The translations under genes and the position numbers were made by a program. 64,000 bases of DNA from Malacoraja senta (lineage: Eukaryota): assembly GCA_038087875.1 (NCBI GenBank), contig CM075988.1, positions 26,352,001 to 26,416,000 on the forward strand, written 5' to 3'. Positions within the stretch are counted from its first letter, which is position 1, and every line of letters begins with the position of its first letter. The notes below the pieces were generated by a model that saw only the letters and a list, made by a program, of their open reading frames with translations, had not been told where the DNA came from and made no database searches. Positions 1 to 14,176 of this stretch are shown piece by piece.

Positions 1-649
1 TCCTTGCTGGCGATGTGGCTCTGGTTTGACCTTGAAAGCTTGTGAAAACTTATTTGTCAAAATGAGATTGTTTTGGATTGTTTAAAATAAATCGATTATT
101 GTAAGATCTGTCCATGATGTATTTTTCCGATGCATTGAACCATTGTAAACCATGTTCATTTTAGTTGTATCTAGACCCACCCCATCGCAACGGATGATCC
201 AAATTCTACAAGAAAATACCCTCCCCCACAGAGCTGGTTCAGCTGGAGAGAATGATTCAAATACTCGAGACTAGATTGAAATGTGTTTATTTAATTTGTG
301 ACAGATTCTCAGTATAAAATAAATCTATTACCAGCATACAAAATTAAATATAATCTAGAATGTCAATCCTTTATACATTAGCAAAACATGCATAGTTTGT
401 ATTTGGCATCTAAATCAAAAATAGGCAATGCATACTTCATTGAAAGAGAGTTTGAGAATCACAGTTACCTGATGACTACCATTACCATGTTGAACCATTC
501 CTTGCTGCAGTGTGTCAGTCACGAGAGGGGACCTCGCACTCCGCTACGCGCAGGAGTTAAAGAAGGTGGGGTGGGGAGAAAGGACCAAGAGGGGATGTAG
601 GCTAGGCTTATTGAAATATCAATGTGGTAAAGTGCTGGAAACAGGATGA

Positions 650-840
650 AGGAAGGAGCTGCAGATGCACCATAGACACAAAATGCTGGAGTAACTCAGT
701 GGGTCAGGCAGCAACTCTGGAGAAAAGGAATAGGTGACATTTCGAGTCACCTATCCTGAAGAAGGGTTTTGACCCAAAACGTCACCTATTCCTTTTCTCC
801 AGAGATGCTGCCTGACCCACTGACTCTAACGTCTTGTGTG
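650..840. mobile_element. Palindromic PLE-terminal-repeat unit (degenerate)
   Basis: Minus arm about 650-750 and plus arm 756-840 of the same repeat family. Confidence 0.7.
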
Positions 841-909
841 CTTTGGGCAGCTGTACCATCTCATTCAAGTGACCTGCATTAATCATTTATTGGTCAACAA
901 AGAGGAATA

Positions 910-1620
910 TCAGGGGTTCAGGCAGCATCTATGGAGGGAAATGGATAGACAATGTTTTGTATCAGGACCCTTCATGACGTGAGGGGGATAACTGGTAAAA
1001 GGGAGAGGGGGAAGGGTCAGGCAAGACCTGGCAATGATGGCTGGATCCAGTTCAGGAGAGGATGGTTGGCAGATACATTGGGTGGGGAGGGAAGGATGCA
1101 AATGGACACAATAGCTGATGATACATGGTGATGACATCAGGCTGCAGATGTAGAATCTGATGGAGAGGCGAGGAGTGCAATGTGGCAGCGGGTGGGGGAG
1201 GCGGGGGTGATAGGTTACAGGGAAGGAGGAGAAGGGGACATGGAGATAGAGTGGGTGGATGATGAGTAAAAGGAGGGACTAGGAATGGGGAGAGTGGAAA
1301 GAGAAGTGTATGTAATTCAGGAGAAGGGGTGGATTCAATCTGAAACTGGACAATTCAATGTTCATGATGTTGGGTTGTGGACCACCCAAGCGGGATATGA
1401 GGTGCTGTTCTTCCAGATTACATGTGGCCTCGCCCTGGTAGTGGGAGAGGCTGAGGACAGACGGGCCGAATGGGGAATGGAATGGAAGTGGTAAGCAACT
1501 GGGAGCTCAGGCTGACCCTAGTGGACAGAGCAGTAGTGTTCAATGGATCTGTTGCCTACACCACACCTGGTGTCACTGATGTGGAGGAGACCACATTGAC
1601 AGCACTGAATGCAGTGGTCA
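910..1620 (-). mobile_element. Older degenerate Penelope-like 3' fragment
   Basis: HCIQCCQCGLLHISDTRCGVGNRSIEH aligns to the GIY-YIG segment at 50418-50738. Degenerate terminal repeat at 910-975. Confidence 0.75.
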
Positions 1621-4600
1621 AGGATTATAAATAGACACACTAAATGCTGGAGTAACTCAGCGGGACAGGCAGCGTCTCTGGAGAGAAGGAACGGGTGATG
1701 TTTCGGGTCGAGACCCTTCTTCAGACTGGATTCAGGATTATGAATGCAGATTTCCATTGGCTGTGTTTATGCTCATATAATTTGAGATACATGGACAGCG
1801 CCAGGGTGTGTCTCCCCCTCTCTCTCCCCCTGGACTCATGGGCTGATGAAGCAGGTAATTCCCCATCTGGTTCTTTCAAAGGATCTGGGAGTGATTTGCT
1901 GGGATCCCCAGGTATGGTCACCTCTGGAGACTTGGGAAGGAAGGACAAGATGTGAAGGTGAGATCCATCAGCAAACCTGTTGGCTGCAGACACTCGTTTC
2001 TTTTGTAACACCTGAGATCTTTGGAAACTTGTGACTCGGTGTCAGGTGAGCATATCCAGTAAGGTATGTCAGGTAAGGCATGAGGCATTGCACCACCCAG
2101 CTGACACACTACATTCCATTACTAATACAGATGGCTATTCAGCAATATCAGGAAGCATCCAATATATATACAACTGCCCTGGAATGGTTACTGGGTGGAA
2201 ACAGTTTGCCTCCTGTGTTACGGTACCCAGAGTTATTGACTCCCTTCTCCACAGGTTGCCTTTGTGTGGAGAAGAAGTCTCTTCACTGACTGAACTCTGC
2301 TTTGTCTTTATCCCCAGCATTCATAGCTCAAACCCCTGCTCCACTCGAGTCCTAAGGTGGCTGTTTTCCTCTGATCCCAGCAGTGTGTCGGCATTGCCAG
2401 AGTGATCTCTATGTGGGGATGTCTTGTGCTGACTCAGTCAGTGACCAGCTCTTTGGTTCAATGAACAGGGAACCAATGTGTCTCACCAAGGTTGGGCGAG
2501 AGTTCCTCAGACTCCCCAGTTGGGTCACATTGCCAGACAAGGCCTTCATCAGGGTCATGGATCCCACAGGTGGAGGGTCGAAGTTTAATCAATAACAACT
2601 TCAGTTCCTCTGATACTCACAAAGGGAGCAGCATTCTGAACAAGAGCAAGTATGGAGCATCAATTGAAAGACAGCAGTCAAGTTGGATGCTGTTTGTACA
2701 TATTACTGTATATTTTTGATGCCTAAATTTGCCCCTGGCTCCCTGTCTTGCCAAGACGCTCTGCTTCCCTCCCCGGCCACTCCATCTGGCAGTTCCATAC
2801 ACTTTGGATGCTCCCTGTTTACACGAGGATGAAAAGAGCTTCAAATTAGCTAAACCTGGCAGCTGTGTGGCAGATCAGAGTAACTATGTCCCAGCAAAAG
2901 CTGTGAACCGGTTACTCTGCCTACATCACCTTCCTCCCCAAACTCTCATCTTCACACCCCACCCCTACAAGAAGGCAAGGGAGCATAACGGAATGCATCC
3001 AGGTGGGCAAGGTTGCTCAGCAAGTGAACGGTGGCGGAAGGAGCTACCATGCTGCAGACATTGCAAGGTGAATGGCAGGGCTATCTTTCTCTGCACATCT
3101 CTCACTGGTACGGCATGAATACAGGTCTTGGTGGTGGCCTTCCCCTGTACATTCATTGGGGCGTGGGCAGGGTAGGGTTAGGGTGGGAGACGGGCCACAA
3201 GGCAGTGGAAGGTTACGAGAGAGAGAGAAGAGAGACATGGAAAGGGCAAGAAGAAGGTCTTGAGGAGGGGAAGGGTTAGAACTGTGGGAATGAGAGAGGA
3301 GAAAGGGGAGTGGGAAGTAGGAAGCAGCCAAAGATGGAAAGGTTCTGATGAGGAGAGGGAGGAATCGGGACTGGAGGGAAGTTAAGGAAGAGGGATAGAG
3401 GGAAAAGGATTGGCCAGGTGGGAGAGTGAAGGGGGGTGGGAGGGCAAGAATTGTTTATCCTCTGGAGGAATGAGCAAAGATAACATTCAGAAAGAAAACC
3501 TTTTAGGATTGGTCATTTGAAATTTGAACAATATATTCGTATAATGAACTCCAGGATAGCAGTGGTCATCAAAAACATTGTCATTCAGCAGAAAGTGGTT
3601 GTATTTCTGAGGCATATTTTTGATATTTATCATCAGAACACACTTGGGTTCCTATGTTGTGGACAATTTACGACGTATGTGGAGAGGTACTGGTTGTTAA
3701 CTGTGCTAATTGCGGAGGAGATGTTTATTGTCACGACATTGGTAAGAATACAATGGCTTTTGGTAGTTGGGTGACAACATCATCTCTCTCTGCGGCAGTA
3801 ATCCAATGATTATCTCACTCCCATTCATATGTATCAACTTAAAGGCTAATAACAGCATGTAGTTCCAATCTCAAATGCACTATTTTTATAGAACATGCTT
3901 AGTGTGTTCATGTTATGGGTTGTTCACGGAAGTGTGACAGGTGCTATTACACGCTTGCGAGCGATGTCAGTGTGACATGGACATCCCTCATCCTTCACGA
4001 TCTGGGCAAATTTCATTCAGAATGACCCTGCCTTTTGGTTTCTGCTGGATGTGAAGGCTTGTTTACATCGGACAGCAATGGCGGCCTCTGTTGTAACAAA
4101 AGGCCACAGGCTGTTGATTAGTAACAGCACCAATCTAACGGGCCTGTCACTAGGAGGTTTGCCCAGTGAGAGAGGTATGTTCAGTTAGAGCTTGGAAAGG
4201 GAAAGAAGGAATATAACAGACCAATGGCTGAGAATGGATCCCAGGCTGAACTCGAAGCTCCAATATGTGTGGTGGAGATTCTGCCAATCTCACGGAGACT
4301 AGGGAGAGGTATGGTCATGTCATCCCAGTAACTCAAACCACAATTTCCATAGATTTAGTTGGTAATTAATTTGTGATAATCTGTCCTTAATTGATTGCAG
4401 GCATCATGCATGATTGGGTTCACATTTGCAAAGTGCACAGTGCAGTTTAGTGTGCACAATGTATTGACACGGGCTGCCACAACAGCAAACAAGCTGCGAG
4501 CTGGTTCACAATCACATTTCAATCAGCAGTTGTCCAACTGAAGCATGTGAAGGTCTCCGTGACTGACAACATGCATGAACGTAAGTCACTTGAGACATCC

Positions 4601-6149
4601 ATGAGACAACCAATGGGATAGGAACGCCTGAATACCCAACATCTGCTTGAATAGATCTTGAATCCTCGAGGCAGCAAGGTGGAACATGCATGCAGGTGAA
4701 AGCTCATGCATTGTTGTAATCCGAAGCAAGCATTACTTGGGCTATGTTGTGAAATGTTTTCCACGTGTAAAGTTAGCAGTATTACAGTACAGAAAGCCAC
4801 TCGCTGATTGTCAATACCTTGTGTTTCTGGAGTGAGAGAATTGAAATGAAAATTAGTCCAACAGATTAAACCGTTTCTCCTGAACACAGGTGAGTTAACT
4901 AAAGATGGGAATTTGTCAATGGATCAAACATTGTAGCTGAGGAACATATCCCTTCATCATTCTTGTTACTTCTACGCAGAAGGACTTAACCACCTTCAGT
5001 ACAGGAAGCTCTCATGTCCGATTCCTAACATCTTATCCTGAAAATTCCCATTCAACCACGGATCATTGGTAGTGCTGTGGACATAAAGGTCTCGTACACC
5101 TGAGGTTCCTGGGAGCTGGTGCATATGCAGGATTCTAGTCCTCTAAGCTGCTCAAGGGCCTGACTGCCTAAGTTACTTAATACATTTTATTAAAAAATGT
5201 TTAGTAATCTTTTAGTAATATTTTAAAAAAATGTAAATGTTTGCGGGTGCCAGTATGATGCACTGCCACAACAAATTACTCCCAACATCTGATGACCAGT
5301 AAATAAAAACTGGGAGAGATGAATGGAATATTGCAATAGTTCAGGGTGCTTGCCAACCATGTTTCATGTAACTCTCTGCACGCCCACACTATGCTGCCCA
5401 TGAAGTACATTGTAAAGAAGCTGAGCTCGAGTAATATCACATTAAGGTTCCACCTGGCAGGCATCATCTCTTGATTCATACTGTTGCACATGCAAGTGGA
5501 TGGGTGCCAAGTCTCCCAGTCTTTAATCATTAGGCATATATTTATGCTATTAATGGTAAAGCAGCCATGGATCTCTTTTTCTGATCTGTGAAGCAGTAAA
5601 TGAAGTTGGCAACGCACTGGTCTCAAGTCCTACAGATCCCGTATAGGACACGGATGATGCACGTGTGTCCTGTTCTCACACAAGGATTATGCACATGCAG
5701 CTTCTGTGGTTACAAGTACCTTTTGGCTCCAGTGGCAATCACAAGATCAACAGTAGCTTTTGCCTGATTATCTTCTGTCTATTTGTGCCCTACACGAGCC
5801 AAAGGCCAAATGGATGAACAAACACTGTGGGATGGTCAAACTCTGTTATTCTCAAGGATGGCGAGAAGGATCCTCAAGTGCCAAGCTCCTGTTATATTTA
5901 CAAACATTTGCAGCATAACATCACTCGACAACAGGGGATGCAAAGTCACCCAGTGTTTTACTTGGACCATTTGTCCACCTTCATATGCAGGCTCCAGCTG
6001 ACCACCTCCTGTCCTATGTTCTCTCATCCCCATCTCCTATCTGATTAGCTAACCTGCCCATGCATGCTTCAATAACATTTATTCCTATTCTCATTCCACA
6101 TTCTATCCACTCAGAGTTATGCTCTATTGACTCCCTGGCTATTGGCTCT

Positions 6150-6990
6150 ATCTTTGGCCTAGATAGAATGGATATGGAGAGGATGCTTCCAGCAGTCAAA
6201 GAGTCTAGGACCAAAGGGCACGGCCTTAGAATAATAGGAGGTACCTTTAGAATGGAGAAGAGGAGGAATCTGTTTAGCCTCAGGGTGGTGAACCTGTGGA
6301 ATTCATTGCCACAATGATGATTGTGGAGGCCAGTCATTGGATATTTTTGAAGTGGAGATTGATAGTCTTGACTAGTATGGGAGCCAAAGGTTATGGGGAG
6401 AAGGCAGGAGAATGGAGTTGAGTGGGAAAATAGATCAGCCATGATCAAATGGCAGAGCAGATTCGATGGGCTGAATGGCCTAATTCTGCTCCGATGTCTA
6501 ATGGTCTCTGGCAAATGTGGAGTATATATTCTTCAAGAGCATCCAACCATCCTATTTACCCTATGCACGTTGGTGAATCTGAATTAGTGCTTTATGGATT
6601 AAACATAGAAAACAGGTGCAGGAGTAGGCCATTTGGCCCTTCGAACTAGCACCGCCATTCAATATGATCATGGCTGATCATCCAAAATCTGTACCCCATT
6701 CTGTTTTTCCCCCCATATCCCTTATTCCCTTAGCCCTAAGAGCTAAATCTAACTCTCTCTTGAAAATTAAAGGAGATGTGTGGTGCGTTTAAAAAAAAAA
6801 GAAAATGGTGTGTGTCTGGAGGTGGTGGTGAAAACACATACAACAGTGGCATTTAATTGGCTTTTAGATAGGCACATGGCTATGTAGGGAATCACGTGCA
6901 GGCAGAGGCTATATTAACTTGGCATCATGTTCAGCACCGACATTGTGGGCTGAAGGTTCTGTTCCTGTGGTCTATTGTTCCATGTTGTAT
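6150..6990. mobile_element. Cluster of CR1 LINE 3' fragments (+, -, +)
   Basis: SRTKGHGLRI...RVVNLWNSLP peptide and CR1 3' UTR GGGCTGAATGGCCT motifs. Confidence 0.8.
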
Positions 6991-8499
6991 GAAGATGGTT
7001 CAGTGTAATGGACAGGGAAGCAAAGAGCTACCTGGTACAGGGAGGGTCACTGATGACCACAGCTAGCACTGACATGTTTAATGACTCGACCTAGTAAAAT
7101 CAAGGTGATGATATCATGTCAAGCTATGGTGTGGTCATTAAGCACATCAGAAGCATGACTTCACTTTCCCAATGATTAACCCAACAGTTCTGAAGACAGT
7201 GGGATGGTGTTATTTTCTTCCCCTTCAGTCCTGTCACACCTGGTTGAAGTTATCCCAGGTGCATTCACCGGTTGGAAACACTGCGGTAATATTCCTTGTT
7301 TATCTCTTAATTGTCACAACCCAAGAATGAGCAGAAAATAAAATCAGGGACAGTCACCAATGAAACACTGAAACACTAGATCCAATAATAAAAGGACAAT
7401 GAGGAAGCAGTTAGCTATTGTGAAAAGGCCAATTAATTTTGAAGTCAAATTCATTCATGTAAGAAGTGAATTTATAATAATTGCCATTTTCTGTGAAAAA
7501 AGGATAAGATGGATCCATGGACTGGTAAAGCTTTCAACAAGTGGGGCAGCTGGTAGAGCTGTTGCTTCACATAGAAGCATATCATGGATCAAAGGCTGAA
7601 GGGTCTGTTTCTGCGCTGTATCTCTACAGCTAAAATTAATAAACCAACATCAATACTGAGAGTGAAAAAGGGCCTCGACCCAAAACAACACCTATCCATG
7701 TTCTCCAGAGATGCTGCCTGACCCGCTGAGTTACTCCAGCATTTTGTGTCTTTCTGTGTATTAACCAGCATCTGCAGTTCCTAGTTTCTCCCAATACCTG
7801 CCACCTCTGGCCAGTAAATGGCTCTGTATCCACCACGTGGTTGACCTCCTCAGTACATGGATAACTAGCGGTGGACACTCAATGCCTACATTGCCAGCCA
7901 GGGACGGTTGCATCCCCAGAGCAAATAAACAAAACTACTTTAGCTGGAGTCGGGAATCCCAGGCAGTATCATCATTAAAACCAACCATTAAGAAATAAAA
8001 TCAGAATACACCTTTTCACACAAATGGTGGTGGAGATGTGGAATCCTGACTTCACTGAGAGGTTCTGTTGCTTTATGTAAGGGGAGGATACCAGAACTAT
8101 GAAGCAAAGGCAAGGGGAAGTAATGAGGTGGAGACGAGCCGTGAGGAATGGCTAATCTTGCGGATGGTTGAGGATAAAGTAACATAGATATAAAAATAGT
8201 CATGGAAGATGTCCAGATTAATGACATGGTGTCTTTACTGTAACTGGAACATTTAGTTAACTAGGTCTAGAATGTAACTTCAATTGGTCAAAGACAAGAC
8301 AGGAGAATTAATCCTTTCACAATGAACTGGAGTTCAGAGACAGATGAAGGTAGATTCCATTCTAGCTTTCAAAAGGCAATTTGATAGAGACTGGAGAATA
8401 TCCAGAGTATGGGGAACAGCAGTGAGAAGTTACATGACCCTTGAATTAAATGGTCTTGATCCATGATATGCTTCTATGATTTCTCTTTTATAGAGGTGT

Positions 8500-8866
8500 A
8501 TCTCATAGAGGTGTACAAAATCACGAGAGGAATAGGTCGGGTGAACAGTCTTTTGCCCAGAGTAGGGGAATGAAGAATCAGAGGACATAGATTTAAGGTG
8601 AGGGGGAAAGATTTAATAGGAACCTGAGGGTAACTGTTTTACACAAAGGGTGGTGGGTGTATGGAACGGGCTGCCAGAGGAGGTACTTAAGGCAGGTACC
8701 ATCGCAACATTTAAAAAACATTTACACAGGTACAGGGACAGGATAGGTTTAGAGGGATATGAGCCGAATGTGGGCAGGTGTGACTAGTGTAGATGGGACA
8801 TGTTGGTCGGTGTGGACAAGTTGGGCCGTAGGGCCAGTTTCAACGCTGTACGACTCTATGATTCTA
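8500..8866 (+). mobile_element. CR1 LINE 3' fragment
   Basis: Same subfamily as 46525-47122 and 62040-62637. Confidence 0.85.
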
Positions 8867-9965
8867 ATGTTCATTAATGTTATCTCTGTTATTCTTACCC
8901 AGATCTTTTTGTATGTGACCCCTGTCCCACAGCAGTTATTGACTTATAATTGTCCATTGAAATGACCTCGCAAAGTAGTCATTTCAATAAAGGGTGGGAA
9001 ATAATTCTGCAAGTGAAGGGATCCTGTGAATATATACAAATAACTGAAGTGCACAACTTGCTGGAAGGATAGCAGGGTGGTGGTGATGTGATATTGTGTC
9101 AGTTAGCTGGGTGAAGCTGAACATGTACAAGATGTAGTGGCCAAGGAACATTGAGTGATGGACCTCCGCTTCCCACCAGACGAGGAGAGGATGCTCCGGA
9201 GACGTGCTTGTGAATGCACCCTGCAAACAATCCTCAGAGATGCCTCACAATACAAATTCCTGATCACCATTGCTGATCAATCCAACTAGCTAGACATGAA
9301 CACCAGTTAAATTAATGAAGGAGAGGAAATATACCCTATACGGCCCATACCCTGGAAACCGATTTGCCTAATAGTCTAGTTTAAGAAGCCTGTGGTATCT
9401 TGCAGAAAAACATCTACTTATTCATTATCCAACAGTGCGTTTTGAACTGGCAAAGAACCATCTCAGTGTTCACACTACACTCACAATGCCTTCTTTAGTC
9501 CACTTTCAGAATAGTCAGGAGCAAAGCGTTACCTTACAGGTTCTGACTGCTGTGGATGTGATTAAGAACAACAACTGTAATTCAGAAGACACTGAGCTAA
9601 AAATAAAAGAAATTAAAACGACAGTAACACATCAGGTAAAAGGCTGCACCTGATACAAGACAGGTGTCGGCCCCTGTACGAACAGCGTGTGCATGCTGCA
9701 AGGCAGATGAGTCACATGCCCTAATGTCTGAGGGTTTGAGATGACAGTAGTGAGGATTGAGGAGATCAGTGTGTGTCTGGGACAAGTGTATCTCCATACC
9801 TGTGGTATCTCATGCTGATGGCCCATGTCTCCAGCACAAAGTGTGTACGCTCCCCCCCCAATCTTGTTGTGTGTAGTAAGGTTACCTTATAATGTATGTA
9901 CTCGCTAGTGGTTTAATAGGCACATCCCATGTCTTTAAGCACTGATGTTAAAATTTGTGCAATCT

Positions 9966-10053
9966 TCACGCCTTTGGTGGACTTTTGAGGTCGGTCTTGG
10001 AACCATAATGTCCATGTTGAGTGTTGGCGCAGGAGTTTACCAGGCACTCCTTC
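9966..10053 (-). CDS. SCN4B: Sodium channel beta-4 subunit, exon 5 (cytoplasmic tail KECLVNSCANTQHGHYGSKTDLKSPPKA*)
   Basis: CTCTCTAG acceptor with a phase-2 match to exon 4. KECLV...GSK...PP.K resembles the mammalian beta-4 tail. TGA at 9968-9966. Too short for the ORF track. Confidence 0.9.
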
Positions 10054-11798
10054 CTAGAGAGACCACAGCAAGCAGCATCAATACAACCACCTACCCACCA
10101 GTTTCACCCAGTCAACACTTTACTCATGGGGATACAAACAAGCAGTTGCTTCACCAATCAGTGGAATGACATCGCCCCCAAGCTTCCTCGGAGGGCAGCT
10201 CCACCAGCTGTGCTGCAGTAACTTGGCCAAAGCTGGTGAGATGCCATCACCCACACGGGGCAATGCCGACGGGACAGGTCCCGGAAACTACAGCTCATGT
10301 TGGAGTAGTCCGGCGTTGCGTTTGGCTTCTGTGGCATTAGGACAATCAGTGTTTTATAACCACTTTTGAAATGTAGTCACTATTGCAACACGGGAACACA
10401 ACAAGGTCCCACAAACAGAGTTGACATTGACAGAATAATGCTGCACTGACACTGAGGAATTAACATGAGCTAGGACTTCAAGAAAGAAATTCCTGCTTCT
10501 CTTTGGTTAATACATCGAAGTGAGCCCATGGCTTAAAGTATCACCTAATAAAGGCCACCTCTGACAGAGCAGAATTTCATCAGGAAAACTATTATACACT
10601 GTTCTCTAGAGTAGGGCTTGAACTCATAACCTTTTCACTTTACCCTGGGAGTAAAGGCGAGTGTAACACAGGACAAACCATTGAAAGCGAGAGATGCATT
10701 GATCAGAATGCGCAGGTTTGTTTGAAGAGCAAGGAGTGGGTGTTCTTGCATGACTTGCCAAAGTAAACCTTTCATTCTGACGTTCCCCAAGTTCACAGAA
10801 GCAAATGGGAATGTACAAATTTAACAATGGAATTAGTCTTTAGGCTGGTTTAGCCTGACCTAGCCTGCTCCATTTGTTGGGATCACAAGGATAGTGGGAA
10901 AGGGTAAACAACGATGTACCAAAAAATGGAAGGAGGGAATCTAAAACTGATGCAAACATGAACTATCTTGAAGGAGGAACAATGCACTGTCAATATTATT
11001 GCATGCCGCTGAGTGGCCGATAATCAGAAAGAGAAAATTGTTGAGGGTGCGAATTGCAGATAAATCCCTGAAGATATGCCCTCCCACCCCCGAAATATGG
11101 TTCTGTTACCTGATTAGTAAAGTTTTACACTGATTCTCAAATCATTCACACTTTGGATGACATCAACATGCACAACTACTCCTTGTTACTCTACGACATG
11201 AGCATGGGTTACCCATCGAAAGCAGCCACTCGAGTCATCACTGCTCAACACTGTGTTGTGTTGTGTGACTTGCTGTAATTGCATCTAATACACCTGTAAA
11301 GCTGCAGCAAGGATTTCATTGATCCAGTTAATATTCATTGCATATGGTAAATAAACACTGTTGGCTCTTGTTACATTGAACCTGTCTGATCTTGTCCTAT
11401 TACAAAGACTGACACTCACACTACTTCTCTTGCATAGAATTAGCAAAACATAGACCCTGCCATAAACACAGAGGATTGCATCTTATTCGTTGCTTGATAT
11501 CTCTGAGGTGACGGAAGAGTTAAATACTGTGTTAGAACGATGCAACACAGATGAAGACCATGGCCTTATCTTGTTGCCCTGTACTCCTTCCAGCAACTCA
11601 ACTAATTGAGGCAAGACAATAAAACTATAGGCATAGACTATAGGCACGGGCTACGGAGAGGTATGTCAAAGACTATTATAGTTCACCAGCTTGTTCATAT
11701 TCCCATCTTGCAAATTGCTAACTGGAAACATTTTCTTTAACAGGTTTGTAAATAAGGATGTTGGATAATAATCTTTTGCATATTCACATCTTACTTAC

Positions 11799-11928
11799 TT
11801 CTTTTTTCCAACTTGCTTAATTATAAACATTATTAGCTTTTTAATAATAAATAATAGAATGAGGAGGCCTATCACTCCTCCGACAATGGAACCAATGAGA
11901 ACTGTCAATTTGTTGTCCACTGGTAACA
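11799..11928 (-). CDS. SCN4B: Sodium channel beta-4 subunit, exon 4 (transmembrane helix and juxtamembrane blocking peptide)
   Basis: TTTCAG acceptor and AA|GTAAGT donor, 130 nt. VDNKLTVLIGSIVGGVIGLLILLFII is followed by KKLIMFIIK, characteristic of beta-4. Confidence 0.95.
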
Positions 11929-12249
11929 CTGAAATACAAAGAAGAGTTGTACAAATTAATGCAGTTTCACCAGTAGTGTGCATATACAAGCAGCTCAAGT
12001 GCAGTGGGGTTACAAGAGGGGCAAGAGAGGGAAGTAAGATGCTGTCCCTTGTCCCCACAATGACAGTGTAAGGGTCAGTGTTCCAGTACCAGACCGCTGG
12101 ATCCACAAGTCATAGGATCGAGTCTACTCTGGCATTCAATCATGGCTGATCTATCTTTCCCTCTCAACCCCATTCTCCTGCCTTCTTCCCGTAACCCCCG
12201 ACACCCGTACTAATCAAGTATTTGTCAATCTCCGCTTTTGTTACTGATG

Positions 12250-12500
12250 GGGACCAACCAGATCTCCCGGTTGCCAGAAACATTAATTCTCCTTCCCATT
12301 CCTACACAGACCTTTCTGTCCTAGGTCTCCTCCATTGTCAGAGTGAGGCTAAACGCAAATTGGAGGGATAGCATCTCATATTTTGCTTGGGCAGCTTTCA
12401 GCCCAGTGGTATGAATATTGATTTCTCTCACTTCAGGTAGCCCCGGCATTCCCTCTCTCTCTCTATTCCTCCCCCACACAAGTCACACTAGCTTCTCTTT
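12250..12500 (+). mobile_element. Penelope-like GIY-YIG C-terminal fragment
   Basis: Nucleotide match to the reverse complement of about 50418-50600 (ccagatctcccggttgc...atgaatattgatttctctcacttcaggtag). Confidence 0.8.
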
Positions 12501-12809
12501 TTCACCCTACAAACTGCTTACTATGGCCCAACCAGAAGAACATGTCATTGGCCTGGGATAGTTCAGATAAGGTGACAATGTGTGCTTCATCGTCTGCAAG
12601 ATAATCAACAGGTAGTTCTTTGCCCATGTTGGACCTCTTGCAGGGAATAGAGTCAACGTTGCCCATGTCTAGGACAATTTCAATTATACACCGCCATCAT
12701 GTCTCTTCTGTTGGATCTGCCTTACAATTGGGAGAGGGGACACCAAGAGTTTGTAAAGGCAATGGATAAAAGGCATGAATATTTGACTATATCAGGTTGG
12801 TAGTAGAGT

Positions 12810-13570
12810 CATTGAGAGTCATACAGCATGGAAACAGGCCCTTCAGTCCAACATCCATACCAACCAAGATGCCCCATCTAAACTGCTTTGATATGCCTGT
12901 ATTTGGTCCATATCCCACCAAACCTTTCCTATCCATGTTCCTGTCCAAGTATATTTCAAATGTTGTTATCATACCAGCCTCAACTACCTCCTCTGGCAGC
13001 TCATTTGATATACCCACCACCCTCTGAGTGAAACACTTGCCCCCCGTTAGTTCCAATTAAATCATACCCCTCTCACCTTAGACCTATGTCCTTGGTTTTT
13101 GATCCCCGTACCTGGGTAAATGACTATGTGCATTCACCCTACCAATTCCTTTCATCATTTTATATACCTTGATAAGATCACCCATCAACCTCTTGCGCTC
13201 CAAGGAATTAAGTCTTAGTTTGCCCAATATCTCCCTATAGCTCAGCTCCTCAAATCCTGACAAAGGTGTTGTAAATCATCTCTGCACTCTTTCCAGTTTA
13301 ATGACATCTTTCCTCGAGCAGGGTGGCTATAACTGAACACAATACTCCAGATGCAGCATCGCAATGTCTTGTAGCATTGTGACATAATGCTCCAACTTCT
13401 ATACTCAATACCCTGACTGAAGAAGGTCAATATATCAAAAGCCTTCTTTACCATCCTATCTACCTGTGACACCACGTTCAGGGAACAGTACACCTGTACT
13501 CCTAGATCCCTCTGCTCAACAACACTAACCAGGGCCTACCATTCACTGTGAAGGACCTCCCCTGGTTTGG
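12810..13570 (-). mobile_element. CR1 LINE 3' fragment (SCN4B intron 3)
   Basis: QVDRMVKKAF...GIEYRS and FTQRVVG.NELPEEVVEAG peptides. Confidence 0.85.
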
Positions 13571-13962
13571 TTTCAAACGTGTGGGGTTGCACAACAAATG
13601 TTGGCAGGACCCTGGGTTGAAGAGGAAAGCTCAGTAGGGTTGGCTGAGTTGGACATCAGCAGTGTGTGTGCCTTTCCTTGCCCCCCCCCCCCCCACCACC
13701 ATGTTGCTAATCTCTGTGTATAATTTTATCAGCTTAACCCGTTTACCTTTTCTCTTAAGTAAATCTACATTATTGACCTCAGCTAATGCCCCAGCTTTTA
13801 ATGTTCATTTGCAACATCTCGATGGCTATCTTACTCAATGTTATTTGAGACAGTGTCGAGTTATTGAGTGTATGAACTAATGCACAGCAGATTTAAGGTG
13901 AGATGCCATCTAAATATAATTTTTGCGTTGTCAATCATCTCAAGAAACATCAGTGTACTTAC

Positions 13963-14176
13963 GTTTACTGACGACAATCAGCTCCAGCGTGGAATTGGCT
14001 TGTTGATCAGCTTCAACAGGGTTTTTGAAGGAACACGTGTAAAGGCCTGAATCCTCAAATTCCACTCCCTCCAGTAAAAGGGAGATATTCTTTTTTTTAA
14101 TGTCCCCGATGAGCTTGAATCTGCTTATTTCTGTCGTGACACGGGGCTTCTTTCCTGTTAGTTTGATAAAAATAAT
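13963..14176 (-). CDS. SCN4B: Sodium channel beta-4 subunit, exon 3 (C-terminal half of Ig V domain)
   Basis: TGTGCAG acceptor and GTAAGT donor, 214 nt. NISLLLEGVEFEDSGLYTCSFKNP contains the V-set D-x-G-x-Y-x-C motif. Confidence 0.93.

Noticed and set aside
1..150. 3' end of a convergent plus-strand gene (AATAAA at 86-91)
   Set aside because: A single hexamer in AT-rich sequence with no coding exon visible is insufficient support.
9597..9797. ORF containing TCLVSG as a possible SCN4B last exon
   Set aside because: No suitable acceptor. The exon at 10053-9966 fits phase and homology much better.
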